Shown: piece after piece, positions 28,275 to 41,474 of the stretch
How positions within the stretch are numbered: position 1 is the first letter of the stretch
Layout of the letters: each line of letters begins with the position of its first letter
Assembly (NCBI GenBank): GCA_951406725.2
Contig: OX597826.1
Coordinates: forward strand, 61,318,001 to 61,382,000
Direction: 5' to 3'
From: Octopus vulgaris
Lineage: Eukaryota
DNA length: 64,000 bases
The notes under the pieces: model-generated
The model's database searches: none
Told to the model about the DNA's origin: nothing
What the model saw: only the letters and a program-made list of their open reading frames with translations
Made by a program: the position numbers and the translations under genes

Positions 28275-28622
28275 CTCGAGTGAAAAAACGGTATGGACGT
28301 TTTGTTTTGGAGTCTAGCAATACCATGTACGCCTATGAGGGTTTACTTTCCCAATGAAACTCAGTTTTTTCTCAAACCTGTTATAATGTGATACAAGTCT
28401 TTGGTGTGGCAATTGTACGCGGCTGAAGAAGGCTTTTGATCTATCTGTTATATCAATTATGCATTGATATAAGAATAAGTTGTTCAATAAAGCCCGAAAC
28501 ATATGTACCGCAAAATCCTTTGCGTCCTGTTTTTCACTTACTTCATTTGATACATATATCTTATCACTTATGCCACTAGCTGGCATATACAGGTGCTTAC
28601 ATTTATCAAGTATTCACCCTGA

Positions 28623-28628
<6 letters not shown>
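28275..28628 (+). mobile_element. ~350 bp TA-flanked hammerhead-bearing element (Penelope pLTR/retrozyme-like)
   Basis: Unique sequence bounded on both sides by (TA)n, contains the hammerhead, no convincing ORF. Confidence 0.6.
28419..28511 (+). ncRNA. Type I hammerhead ribozyme fold with extended stem II
   Basis: gcgg-CTGAAGA-[a ggcttt...aaagcc c]-GAAA-catatg-TA-ccgc. Stem I gcgg/ccgc, palindromic stem III ACATATGT, GUA site ending at 28507. Confidence 0.8.
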
Positions 28629-28653
<25 letters not shown>

Positions 28654-29006
28654 CTGGTACTGATCCTGTCAGTGTTGCTGAACCACTAAGATACAAGGAT
28701 GTAAACAACCCAACACCAGTTGTCAAGTAGTGGAGGAGAACAGACACAAAGATCCACACGTGTTGGGCTTCCACACAGTTTCCATCAACCAAATTCACTC
28801 ACGGGAAGTACCCAAAATGATTCTTCAAGGCACATTTTAGCATGCAGTGTAGTCCTCAGCTGGACAGAGATGTAATTACGAGGATATATATATGTGTGGA
28901 TTACACCTCAGCACCCTGCAAATTAGCCGCATGCCATGTTTTTATTTGTTGGTAGCTTTACTGAATGGCAAACATTGCAGTTTATTCAAAATATTTATGA
29001 CTTTAA

Positions 29007-29224
29007 CCCTTTAGTGTTCACATTATTCTGCCAAAATTAATGCTTTTTAATCCACATTGTTTTGAACTAATCATGCATTATCTTGTAGCTATGAGATTTT
29101 GATGAGGTAGCTGTTAATTTTTAAAATATTGTAGGGTTGGTGTGAGAGACCAGATCTGGTCAGTTTGAACATAAAACAGGCAGAATACTTTTGGCTAGAT
29201 ATGGCCAGTTTAAATGCTAAAGGG
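29007..29224. mobile_element. piggyBac-like TTAA MITE (related copies at ~405-510, ~30460-30617, ~38115-38427)
   Basis: TTAA-ccctttag...ctaaaggg-TTAA. Confidence 0.75.
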
Positions 29225-31072
29225 TTAACAACAGTCCAGTAAGGAATCTAAGCGGTCAGCTGAACTGCTGGAAACAAGCCAAATCTTTCTCCCTTAAATT
29301 ATACCATACAATTTTAAACAAGGTAAGATACAATGAAGTAATGTAGTTTTATTACGTAGTTGTACTGTTTGAAAAAAAAAAAATGAGAACCACAACACTG
29401 ATAGATTCAAATGCACAAATCACTTATATATCTGTGTTAGAATATTTAAAACAATCAATGAACGAGAACATACACACACACATAGACATCCACTGGCGAT
29501 CCAATAACAGGAATGGTCAGAGAGAGACAAGGAACTGTTGGCAGAGTTGAAAGCAAATAAATGTGGGAGGAAATTGAGGAATAATGAACGGAAATTAGAT
29601 ATAGATGAAACAAGATGGAAACAAAGCACAAACAAGTAATCAAAAGAAAACCAAGGAAAAAAAAAATCAAAAATACTTTCAGTAATAATAATCCTTTCTG
29701 CTATAGGCACAAGGTTAGCTGATTACATTGACCCCAGAATATAGCTGGTACTTACTTTACTGACCCCAAAAGATGAAAGGCAAAGTTGAACCCAGAACTT
29801 AAGGATGGACAAAATGCTGCTAAGCATTTTGCCTGATGTCCTAATGATTCTGTCAGCTCATTGCAATAATAAATGATAATCTTTTCTGAAATTTTTGGGG
29901 TAGGGGACTAGTTGATTACATCGACCCCAGTGTTTCACTGGTACTGAATTTATCAACCCTGAAAGGATGAAAGGCAAAGCTGACCTCGGCAGAATTTGAA
30001 CTCAGAATGTAAAGCTGGATGAAATGCTGCTAAGCATTTCGTCCGGCATGCCAACAATTCTGCCAGCTCCCCATAATAATAATAATAATAATAATAAACA
30101 AAAGGAAACTCAAAATAGAAACTTCCACCTAAAAAAAAAAAATATGTCAACCAGAAAACCATGTGAATAAACAAGCATTCCCCTTTTAAGTAACATAACT
30201 ACTAAAGGGTTAAACTGCTGTTCTCTGGACCCTAATCCATTGTCTTGTTTTCCTCTCGTCTACGATATTCTGTCCTCAAGTTTTCTGTCAATCAATACCT
30301 TTTGAATTTGTAGCCCCCCCCCCCCTTCTTTGTAGTCCTTGTGCTACTGTGGCCTCAAGCCTTGTTTGGGACAAAATCCTTTTGAGACACACAGTGTTTT
30401 GGTATGTGTCATATTACTCAAAGGTAATGCTCGTTTATTGACATTGTTTTCTATTAAACATGCATTATCTCATAGATTCGATATTTTGATAATGTGATTG
30501 CTTATTTTCAGAATGACATTGTGGGGCAGGTGTGAGAGACTAGATCCGATTAGTTTGAATATAACGCTGGTAGAATATTTTTGACCTGATATAGCCAGAT
30601 TAAATGCTAAATGGTTAAGGAAAGAAGCTATCAGAACAAGAAGCTCAACAAAGGAATGATGCACCTAAAAAGAGAAGCAAATGATTTGTTTAAAGGTCTT
30701 GACAGGAAGTACAAACCCAGAAACTTCATCAAAGCAATGACCAAGGAAATACTTATAGAAAAGACGCAGCAAAGATACATTTTGATGATGAGCCAAAGTA
30801 CTTGTAATTGTGCTAAGAATTGTTTAGCTTACTTTACAATGTCTTCTGTGACTTGTGAATGTTGTGGAGGTGTAGAATGTCACACCTAGTATGTGGATCA
30901 TGTGTGTGCTATATGTTTATATGGTTGAGTTAATTGTGTTTGATACTATTAGGTGTTGCTGATAAGGGAGATGGAGGATTTGGTAGGTTAAGCCTGCTAT
31001 TGTGGAATCAGGTTTCTAGAGGTTTTTATATATGACTGAGTAGCAGTACAGCAGAGTCTGGAGAAAGGTAAG

Positions 31073-31113
<41 letters not shown>

Positions 31114-32222
31114 GCGTGCGCGCGCGTGCGTGCATGTGTGCGTGTGATGCCATGTATTTATGAGACTGTCAGCGAGGGCAGCAGCCTGCTGGTGAACATG
31201 AAAGTAAATACAACAGGTAAATCAGCAAAGTAAAGAAAGCAACAACAAAAGATGAAGGTGGGGCAAGTAAATATCATCATGATGTAATAAATGTAACACT
31301 TTAAAGACTGAAAGGCACTCCCAGCCTTGACAATATTTGAACCCTGAACACAAAGAGCTAGCAGAAATGCTAGTTTTAAGGAGAAAGGCTTGGTTGATAA
31401 CATCAACCTTGTACTCAACTAACACTTATTTTATTGACCTCCAAAATAGTTGGCTGGCTTTGTACCTCCACAATTCAGTCACGTACGTCCCATTCATTCC
31501 TCTACTTTTTGTTAGCCTTGCTGAATCAGACACAACCCCTGCACTAACCACTAAATGTAAGTTCTTCCACCCCTGAACAACATCTCTCTGGAACGAACTC
31601 TTCCAACCCTCATTCACATCTTTCCTTGCAACAGTTGAAACAAAACAATGGCATTGACACCAATGGTCGTAGAGGGCCTTCAAACATTTTGGGTAATGCC
31701 CCTCCCTCTAGACTCAGCAAGTAAAAAAAAACAAAACAAGAAAAGAGACTCAATAAGAATATTTACTGAGTTACAGGTTAGACAAGTTAAATGTTTGAAC
31801 TTTCTTCCCACAATATGTCAATTAAACAAAAAACATTTGTGCAGCCAATCCAATGAAAAGGCCTTCCAACATGGCTGTTCAACATAACCGAAATTGTAAA
31901 ATAACAAACCAGGAACCAGTCAGGGAGTTTACTGGATTCATTAACTGAATGTAGTAGAAAAGCTAAGTACAGAAATTCTGCACCAGAGGATTATTCATTT
32001 AGTTGTTTCAGTCATTTGACTGTGGCCATGCGGGAACACCACTTCAAAGGCATTTTAGTCCAACAAATTGACCACAGAACTTATTTCTGAAGCCTAGTAC
32101 TTATTCTATCAGTCTTTTTTGCCAAACTACTAAGCTAAGAGGACATAAACACACCAACACCAATTGTCAAATGGTGATAAAGTGACAAACACAGACACAA
32201 AGACTCACACGCACACGCACAC

Positions 32223-32261
<39 letters not shown>

Positions 32262-32346
32262 TTTGAGGGAATATTATTCCTAACTTACAGGGAAAAATTC
32301 AATTTAGAAATACTAAATCAAATTTCACAAAATATAATATATATAA

Positions 32347-32478
32347 AAATTAGAAAAAACCACCTTTTATCAATTCAAAATGAACAATTAAATTGCAACA
32401 TCTAGAAAATTAATTTTCTAGATGGTGTAATTTAATTGTTCATTTTGAATTGATAAAAGGTGTTTTTTTTTCTAATTT
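32347..32478. repeat. AT-rich palindrome (~65 bp arms) within a TA-flanked insert
   Basis: Centre tctagaaaat-ta-attttctaga; arms complementary with few mismatches. Confidence 0.85.
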
Positions 32479-34597
32479 ATATATATATATACAACTGGCT
32501 TCTCTCATTTTCTATCTGCCAAATCCACTCACAAAGCTTTGGTCAGCCTGAGGCTACAGTAGAAGACACTTGCCCAAAGTACCACAAAGCGGGACTGAAC
32601 CCAGAACCATGTGGTTGAGAAGCAAGCTTCTTACCACACAGCCATGCTTATACCTACATATTTATTTCGGCAAACTCCCTATCATTTTAAAATTAAGGAC
32701 TACAAGGATAAATAATGTCAGTTCCATGCAATGCAATCAACAGACCAACACAAGATTTTGAAAAAATCTCTTGCAGTAAATTCCCTGATGCACTTATAAT
32801 AGAGACCAAATGAAAACGAAGAGATGAACAAAGCAACCATTTAATTTGTTCACAATAAGGCACAGACCTAACTGTGTGAAAGGAAGTTTGCTTCCAAGCA
32901 CATGGTTCTGGGTTCAGTCCTACTGCATAGCACTTTGGGTAAGCCTAGAGTTAAACTGGTAAATGGAAAAATGGAAACTGAAAGAATCTTGTTGTATACA
33001 TGTCTGTGTATCTTTGTGTTGTTTGTCTCCAACATCACTTGACAAATGGTGTTGGTTTGTTTAGTCCCCATAACTTAGTGGTTTGACAAAAGAGATTAAT
33101 AAGTACTGAGTCAATTTGTTCAACTACACCCTTCAAAGTGGTGTCCCAGCATGGCTGCAGTCCAATGACCGAAACAGGTAAATGGTAATATCATCCAGGT
33201 CACTGCAGTCCCAACTGACTTTTAAATAAAAAATAAAAATAAAAAACAACAACAACAAATGAGGCAATGAAACAGCCAGAAGTTGCTTTCAGCAAACTTG
33301 GCCATATTTGCAACTTTCAGCCTTAGGACTATATAAGATAACCAGTTTCACAATAAAAACAATAAGGCAACATTTAGAATTTCTACTCAGACAATAATAA
33401 GTATTTATAAATGAGTTACCCTCAAATGAGCAATGCTGTTCATTTTGCCTTCTGTGAAAAATATGTCTGGTCATGGGGACTTATTAATTTATTAAGCAGG
33501 TGGGTGTGACAGGAAGGGCATCCAGCCATAGAATATCTGCTTTAATATACTCCATCTGACCCATGCAAGCATGGAAAGATGGACATACTATGGTGATGAC
33601 AATGAAGTTTGACACAGAGTCATATCAGACATATTATGAGCATCTTATACATGTAAGGTGCTAGTATGTGTTGTGGTGTATTTATGTCTTTAAATACCTT
33701 TTTTTGAGTTGTTCAACTGTTTGATGGCTTATGATTATTTTAGTAATATCTACAATACATATAAGACCCATGGAAACTTTTGAAACTAAACTGTCAATTC
33801 TGTTATGAACAACCTTACTTCATATTTTAAGTATTCTACAAGAGAGAGAGAGAGATGACCTTGGTTATAATGGTTTCTGAATTTGGCACAAAAACCCAGC
33901 AATTTTTTGAAGCGAGGGAGTTAGTCAATACTGTACTTGACTGTTACTTTATTTCATCACACTTGGAAGTATAAAAGGCAAAGTCGACCTTGACAAGATT
34001 TGAAACCAGAATGTAAAGAGCCAAAAGAAATACTACATGGCATTTTGCCCAGTTCTCTAACAATTTGACTTTTAATAATGACAAACAATGAAGATATACT
34101 GTGACCCAAGGACTGCCCCACACTGGAACCAAATGAACAATGAACCCATTCAGTTTTGCAATTATGACCACATGAGCCAATAAGAAATTTCTTTAGTCTG
34201 ACCTATTTCAATATAACTAAATATATTTCCAGTCATCTACATACACTTTGTTTACTGAAAAACCACAGAGAATAATTTAGACCTTCATATCTCTGAGAAG
34301 GGTCAAATGCTATAACGTTCATATAAAAGGGGTCAAATCAACTTCATAATCCTGTCCCCTCAAGAATGCGTCGTTATGATAATTACCATTAATATATGTA
34401 TTAATGCAAGAAGTTTAATGTGAATCTGTGTCCAAATATTTGTGTAGGTGTGACAGTGTATGTCTACACATATGTATGGGAAAGCCAGTCCAGTGTTTGT
34501 TAGTAAATATATTTAAATAACCATTGATGTGAATATATGCACATAAATACACCTGTGTTTACAGGACAGCATATATAAATAGATGTGAAAGTATGTA

Positions 34598-35640
34598 CAG
34601 AGTGTGGTGAATAAACTGTCACCTAAATTACGCAATAATAAAAATAACACTGACATCTCATTTTAACAGATATATTTACCAAAATTATATAAAAATATTT
34701 TGAAATACTAAAGAGTAAATTTATTCAATAAAATCACCATTGGCTTCAACCACTGCCTCCAGAACTTCGGAATCTCCTGCAACTCTTCTGGACAGTCTCT
34801 TTGTTTAAGTTTGTCAATGCTGTCATAATCCTTGCCTTCAGTTCATCTTTGGTGTTACAAGGAGTTTTATTGGTCGCTTGCTCAACTGCACTCCACACAT
34901 AATAACCAGTCTGGGGAGTTAGGTGGCCAGATGTTAGGGGTGATGTGGTCGCAGTAACTGTCTGACAGCCATGACTGAGTTCTCTTGCTTGTGAGGCATG
35001 GTGCAGAGTCCTGTTGCCAGACACAGGGTCTTCCAGCAGCCACCTTCTTGACCCAGGGCAGCACTACCCCCTCCTCCAGGCACATGATGTAGGCCTCCAT
35101 ATTGAGTCTGAGGCCATGTGGGAAGATAAATGGAGGCATAACGTCGCCATCACTAGTGGTCACTCCAAACACCATGATGTTGACTGGATGTTTGATTTTT
35201 ATCACTCTTGTTACATGTTTTGGGGACATGGCAAGCCAACGGTTATGTGTGTGTTCACCATCTGATCCTAGCAGAAATTTTTCTTATCTGAGGAAAACTA
35301 AAGCATGTTCGGGTGGAGGGGATACTTGAGTTTGTTCAAAAGTTTCAAAGTGTGGTCTTTCCTCTTGTCCTTGATGGCTTGGGATAAAAATTGGCCCTTT
35401 CTTATCTTGTATGAAGAATACCGAACGTCTTCATGCACTACTTGCCTGATAAGAAACTCAGACACTCCCATGTCCCTGGCAATGGACCTGATTGACTTGG
35501 TGAGATCATTGTCAATCAAGGCCTGGATCTCACCAACAAATTCAGGAGTTCTTTTCTTATCACCATCAGCCCCACCCAACTCTTTCCGAATCCTCTGCAC
35601 TGTCCTCAGATTGACACCCAAACACTCCGAAATGTTCATA
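34598..35640 (-). mobile_element. Degenerate Tc1/mariner transposon
   Basis: Fragmented transposase: HTH-like ISECLGVNLRTVQRIRK, KHPVNIMVFG, WQQDSAPC, WPPNSPD. TIR cagagtgtggtgaataaactgtcacc after TA. 5' end replaced by a SINE fragment. Confidence 0.88.
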
Positions 35641-36369
35641 GATGGAAACTGAAAGAAGCCAGTCATATGTGTGTGTGTGTGTGCACCATTGTGTCTGAGT
35701 TTCTCCACCCCACCCATCACTGCTTGACAGTCTGTGTTGGTGTGTTTACGTCCCTGTAACTTAGCAGTTCAGCAAAAGAAACTGACAGAATAAGTACCAG
35801 ACTTTAAAAAAAAGTTCTGGAGTCAATTTGCTCAATTAAAGCCTTTGAAGGAGGTGCCCCAGCATGGCCACAGTCAGATGACTGAAACAAGTAAAAGTAG
35901 TGTAGTGTGTGTGAGTGGGGGGGAGAAGGAGAGTGATTTGAGGTAGATTTAGCTGCTATCGATAGCAGCTACAGCAACAGTACAGAAGCTCCACCATTAG
36001 TTTGTAGAATGAGATGTTACTAGAAAGAATCTAGTTTTTTTTTGTTTGTTTTTTTTTCTCATTTCAATTTATTTTTTTGTTTTCCATATGTCTGCATCAT
36101 AAAGCTGCTGCACAGGTCAACTAACATCAATACCCTGAATATATACATACATAAAACTCTTGTGAAAGTGCCAAAAGATAACAGTTTTGGTAGACTGCAC
36201 TGAAATGTGCACGTCTGTTAGTTGTTTTTGAAGTCCTTCAAATCTTAGGACACAATAATGAGAATTCTTCATAGAGCTTACTTGCAAAACTGAAGAAATC
36301 TAACGAAGGGAAGTTCCAAGACCCCCATCTCCACCCTGAATTCAATTCACAACAATAACAACAGTCTGA

Positions 36370-36703
36370 GACCCCCTTCGGTCATGACACAGACCATGGG
36401 ATTACACCTAGAAAGTTACCCTCCCAGGCACAAGTCCGGGCAAGGTTGTTTATGGAAGACCAGCAGTCACCCATGCATACCAGCCTCCCTTCTCCACGAC
36501 ACCAGTGTTATCCGAGGGAAAGGCAAAGGCCGATACAGCTTGGCACCTGTGACGTCACAACTCATTTCTACAGCTGAGTGAACTGGAGCAACGTGAAATA
36601 AAGTGTCTTGCTCAAGAACACAACACACAGCCCGGTCCAGGATTCGAGCACGCAACCCCACAATCGTAAGCTCGATGCTCTAACCACTGAGCCATGCACC
36701 TTC
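36370..36703 (-). mobile_element. tRNA-derived SINE family 3 (inverted partial copy ~36765-36945; others ~5955-6100, 13170-13465, 27265-27505)
   Basis: Head gaaggtgcatggctcagtggttagagc; body ttcttgagcaagacactttatttcacgttgctccag. Confidence 0.75.
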
Positions 36704-38614
36704 ACTAATTACAACAGTAACTACCACCATTCCAGCAACTGCAGTAGCAGACACCTAGCTCTCAAATGGTATATGGCTCAGTGGTTACAGTGTTTGGCTC
36801 ACAATCATGAGGTAGCCAGTTCAATTCCCAGACCAGGCTGTGTGTTGTGTTCTTGAGCAAGACACTTTATTTTCTTCCATAAACAACCTTGCTCAGACTT
36901 GTGCCTCAGAGGGGAACTTTCCAGATGTAATCTCATGATCATTTACCTTTTTTTTAGCTCTCAAATCATACAATCATCTTATAAAAATGAAGCATAGATT
37001 GGCTGTGATCCCAAATGTGTAGAAAGGTATGGTCATGGCTGGAATGCCTTCAATCATAAATGAACCCACAGAGCTGAACTACAGATAAATTAATACTGCT
37101 ACCCCCACATCAGCAGCAGATTTAACCAGCATCACTTTTAGATTCTTAACTTTCATTCCTGTCATCCTCATCATTTCAACATCCACTTTTCCATGCTTGA
37201 ATGGGTCAGATGCTGTGTACTGAGGTAGATTTTTTTACAGTCAGATGCCCTTCCTGTGACCAACCCTAAATTGTTTACAAGCAAGGAAATATCTTTCAAT
37301 GGGCACGCATGCTTTGAGCAGAATATTACAATTTAATAACATTGTTGGTATGATAGTGACACCTGCTTGCAACTATCACACAAAATAAAGAACAGGAAAA
37401 GCACACAAGCACATATGCACATACACACACAATAGGCCCTTTCCAGTTTTTATCTTCAAATCTACTCGCAAAGCTCTGGTCAGTCCAAGTGTCTACACAG
37501 TGGGACTGAACCCCATGTCAATGTGGTTGAAAGCAAACTTAGCCACACAGCCATGCCTGCACTTCCAGTGATTGATAAATTAACATCAGGTAAAATTTAA
37601 ACACAAACCTACAATTCACAAGGTATCTGATAGCACAAAGTCTCCAGTCCATAACCACACCATCTCGATGCCTAAGTGTATCCAGCCACACCACCACCTG
37701 ACCCATGAACGGCTTTAGTAGACTATGATATAGCACAAGCAGCAGCACCAGACACCGGTCAGCAGGATAACATAACAGCACACCAATACCCTCAATACAT
37801 CCCTAGACACTAAAACCTGGTGCCCACTGGATAATTCTCCTCCCTCTACTCTGATATATATGTATTCCAACCCAACTGAGACACCCATACACTAGCATAG
37901 TTGATGGTGGGGAGCACTTTTAAGTCTGCTGTACACCATATGTTTTTTGTGGGGTCTGGGGGCAGCAAATGAAAGGGCCACTACTAAATTTTATTAAATT
38001 CTTCATTATTTTCAAAATTAAAGATACAAAGGCAGTGCATTTCAAATGTAATAAGGCAACAAAACAATAAAAATATGAACAAATTTCGTTACTTTTTGTA
38101 ATTTTTAGCCTTAACCCTTAAGCATTCGGATTAATCAGTCAAATGTAATGCCTATTTATTCACACTGTTCTGAGTTAATCATGCATTATCTTATAACTCT
38201 GTGACTTCAGTGGTGTGGTGTGTTTAGTTTTAGAATGACATTGCAGGGTAGGTGTAAGAGGCTAAAGTTAGCCAGTTTGAACATAAAACAGCTGGAATAT
38301 TTGAACCGGATATTAAATTGCCCAAACAAAATAAACCTGAAGAACATAACCCATGACAAACCATTATCAAAATGACAAACCTTTATCAAAAACCATTATC
38401 AAAATTACAAACCATTATCAAAAAGGGTTAAAACACTTTTTTGCTTTGTTTTAGCTTTCCATGTTAAATATACCAGTAATTATTTTCTCATTACCGAATA
38501 TAGGATATAATCTAGGTGAAGTTTTACTAATATTTCTAGTAGGTCTAGCGACCATATAGAAAGTATTTTGTTGACTAGCGTAGATAAGCTGGATTCAGTG
38601 TAGAGTTCAGTTCT

Positions 38615-39057
38615 ATATTTAAGAGACGAGGAATTTATGTACATCATTTACATTAGACAGATATTTGCCTCATCTTGCTTGTTAACACATTTTGGCTGAT
38701 AACCCTCCAGCCTTCATCAGGTGTCTTGGGTAAATTTCGAACCTGGGTTCTCATTCCTAAGGTATTTTTAGATGGTGTTGTTGTTATTATTGTTATAATT
38801 ATTATTATTATTATTATCATCATCATTATTCAGGTCACTGTTTGGAATCGAACTCAGAATCTTGGGGTTTGTAGCCCACGCTCTTAACCACTATGCCCAC
38901 AGGCATATGGTATAGTGGTTAAGAGTGCGGGTTACTAACCCCAAGATTCCAAGTTCGATTCCAAGCAGTGACCTGAATAAAAATAATAATAACATCGAAA
39001 AAAATACTTTAGGAATGAGAACCCAGGTTTGAAATTTCCCCAAGACACCTGATGAAG
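38615..39057. mobile_element. Inverted-duplicated element with tRNA-like head and hammerhead-like tail
   Basis: Inverted repeat 38712-39057. A/B-box-like tggtatagtgg...gttcgattcc. Minus strand acac-CTGATGA-aggctg...cagcc-AAAA (GAAA mutated). Confidence 0.65.
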
Positions 39058-39879
39058 ATAATGTAAATAATGTAAATAATGTCAGTGTAGAGTTGTCTGG
39101 AAGCAGCGGCACTGCCTTCACAAATGCCAGTTGATGGTCTTTGATGATGGCTACATCTGTCACATATAACCCTTTCTACTACAGGTACAAGGCCTGAAAT
39201 TTGGGGGTAAGGGGATTAGTTGATTACATCGACCACAGTGTGTAACTGGTACTTATTTTATCAATCTCAAAAGAATGAAAGACAAAGTCATCTGCTGCAG
39301 AATTTGAACTCAGAACATAATGACCGATGAAATACAGCTAAGCATTTTGTCCGTCGTGCTAACGATTCTGCCAGCTTGCTATCTTTATAATAACTACATA
39401 TAATACCTGTAACTAAATCTCAGAGCCTACTTTCACTTGGAACCCTAAAGTATTCTATTCCTTAACAACTTTTAGATTCAGATTCCATCTTCATAACTGC
39501 CATGTGCTATCATTTTCATTACTTTGTTGATAGATTCACAGCTTGAAAGGAAACTCAATACATTTAGCAGTATCAGATATCCTCACAGGTTATATAATAT
39601 CATGAAGTAACATTTCTTTTTTGTTTGTTTTTTTTTTTCTTCATTCAGTAAGGGAAATCTAGTTCGGACAACTTGTAGTGACATGAGCAGTCAACAGTCT
39701 TACATACAGTCTCCACCTTGGTTTTTGATGTTATTGGTTAATCTCAAAGTCAACAGTGACTGAGCAGAACGCTGATCAAAGACATTCTAGCTGTAAACGT
39801 TATGCAATGTGTCCTCCTTTTTAAGACAGTAGGGTATGAAATTGAGGAGATTAAACTTATTTCTTGCAGGTTACTCTAG

Positions 39880-40190
39880 TTGGTTTCTCAAGGAGAAACC
39901 AGGAGAATTCATCTATGAAGAAATTGCCCCAGCTCCCCTTCAGGGTTGGCGAAAGCGATGTGATGGACAACAAAAAACTTGGCTGATGACAGTCAAGGCT
40001 GATCTGGAACCCAGCCTAGGCCCCCATATCTACGGAGTTTGCCTCTGGAATAAGGAGTGGTTGGAGATGACACGGTCGTTAGCCTCAAACAGCCAGGTTT
40101 GGTCGGCGTTTGTGAGAGATGCAGCATTGAGGATGAATGAAGCCAGCTCAACCCATCCCAGATGAATGCTGTCTCAAGACAAGACAAGAA
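39880..40190 (+). mobile_element. Old RTE-like LINE 3' fragment
   Basis: GWRKRCDGQQKTWLMTVKADLE...WNKEWL and a (CAAGA)n tail. Confidence 0.6.
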
Positions 40191-40598
40191 GACATGTTAA
40201 CTCAACCCTCATGATATAGGCTTGTGATGAACGATATTCCATCTCTAATGATTCAATCTCTTTCTGAAGGCATCGTTTCCCTTGATTTACATTATCTATG
40301 ATGTCATTAACTTTTTTAGGAAAGTAGGTTGATCTGAGAGCTATTTCTAGTTCGTAGAGTGGCTGCTTAGAAGAATCTTTGTCTGGTCAACAGCTTGTTC
40401 AATTCAGAATGTTTAGCCCTACTCTAGCTTTTCCTAGCCAAGCTAGCAGAGGAATACTGTTCAAAAGTATTCCAAACAACACCATCTTGTCTATATAAAT
40501 ATATATATATATATATATAGATAGATAGATATATGTGTGTGCGTGTAACATAACAATTATAAACGGGAAATTTTAGCCATTTCATGTATATATATATA

Positions 40599-40629
<31 letters not shown>

Positions 40630-40717
40630 GTATAAAAATATGTGTGTGTATATATATATATGTATATATATGTGTGTGTGTGTATATATATATATATCAT
40701 CATTTAACGTCCGCTCT

Positions 40718-40759
<42 letters not shown>

Positions 40760-41003
40760 GTATGTATGTATGTATAAAGCACCATCCGATCGTGGCCATT
40801 TGCCAGACTTGTCTGGCACGTAAAAAGCACCCACTACACTCATGGAGTGGTTGGCGTTAGGAAGGGCATCCAGCCGTAAAAACATTGCCAGATCAGACTG
40901 GGCCTGGTGCAGCCTTCTGGCTTCCCAGACCCCAGTTGAACCGTCCAACCCATGCTAGCATGGAAAGCGGACGCTAAACGATGATGATGATGATGATGAT
41001 GTG

Positions 41004-41043
<40 letters not shown>

Positions 41044-41079
41044 CATACATACTTTATTTAAAGCAGCAGAAAATTCAAC

Positions 41080-41126
41080 AAAACCTGTTACTCTGAGTTT
41101 CACGTTGCCATTCGTCGGACAGTTTT
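41080..41126 (-). ncRNA. Minimal type I hammerhead, inverted copy in left palindrome arm
   Basis: Exact reverse complement of the 41271-41317 motif. Confidence 0.7.
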
Positions 41127-41270
41127 TGCTAGAATAGAACTGATATGTCAATTCTATCCAGACTAGTATAAACGCTACACCTTTAAAAATGGACTTGTTT
41201 AAGTCCATTTTTAGAGGTGTAGCCTTTATACTAGTCTGGATAGAATTGACATATCAGTTCTATTCTAGCA

Positions 41271-41317
41271 AAAACTGTCCGACGAATGGCAACGTGAAAC
41301 TCAGAGTAACAGGTTTT
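41271..41317 (+). ncRNA. Minimal type I hammerhead (U4C core variant)
   Basis: aaaactgt-CCGACGA-atg gcaa cgt-GAAA-ctc a gag-TA-acag g tttt. GNRA-capped stem II, GUA site ending at 41308. Confidence 0.7.
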
Positions 41318-41414
41318 GTTGAATTTTCTGCTGCTTTAAATAAAGCATATTACTCTACCACTGATATTTGAGTACTCTTTTTTCCACCTTGTTTCACATT
41401 TATGTGTTTACTCC

Positions 41415-41462
<48 letters not shown>

Positions 41463-41474
41463 CAGGAAACCATG

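Larger units (their letters stand above)
41052..41345. repeat. Near-perfect 294 bp palindrome (145 bp arms, 4 nt loop GTTT)
   Basis: Arms are reverse complements with two mismatches near the centre; flanked by TA-type repeats. Confidence 0.95.

Noticed and set aside
30620-31700. Possible ancient LINE remnants
   Set aside because: Too degenerate to assign by eye.
40840-41371. Twin ORFs MDLNKSIF.../MDLFKSIF... on opposite strands
   Set aside because: By-product of the palindrome; no recognisable protein.
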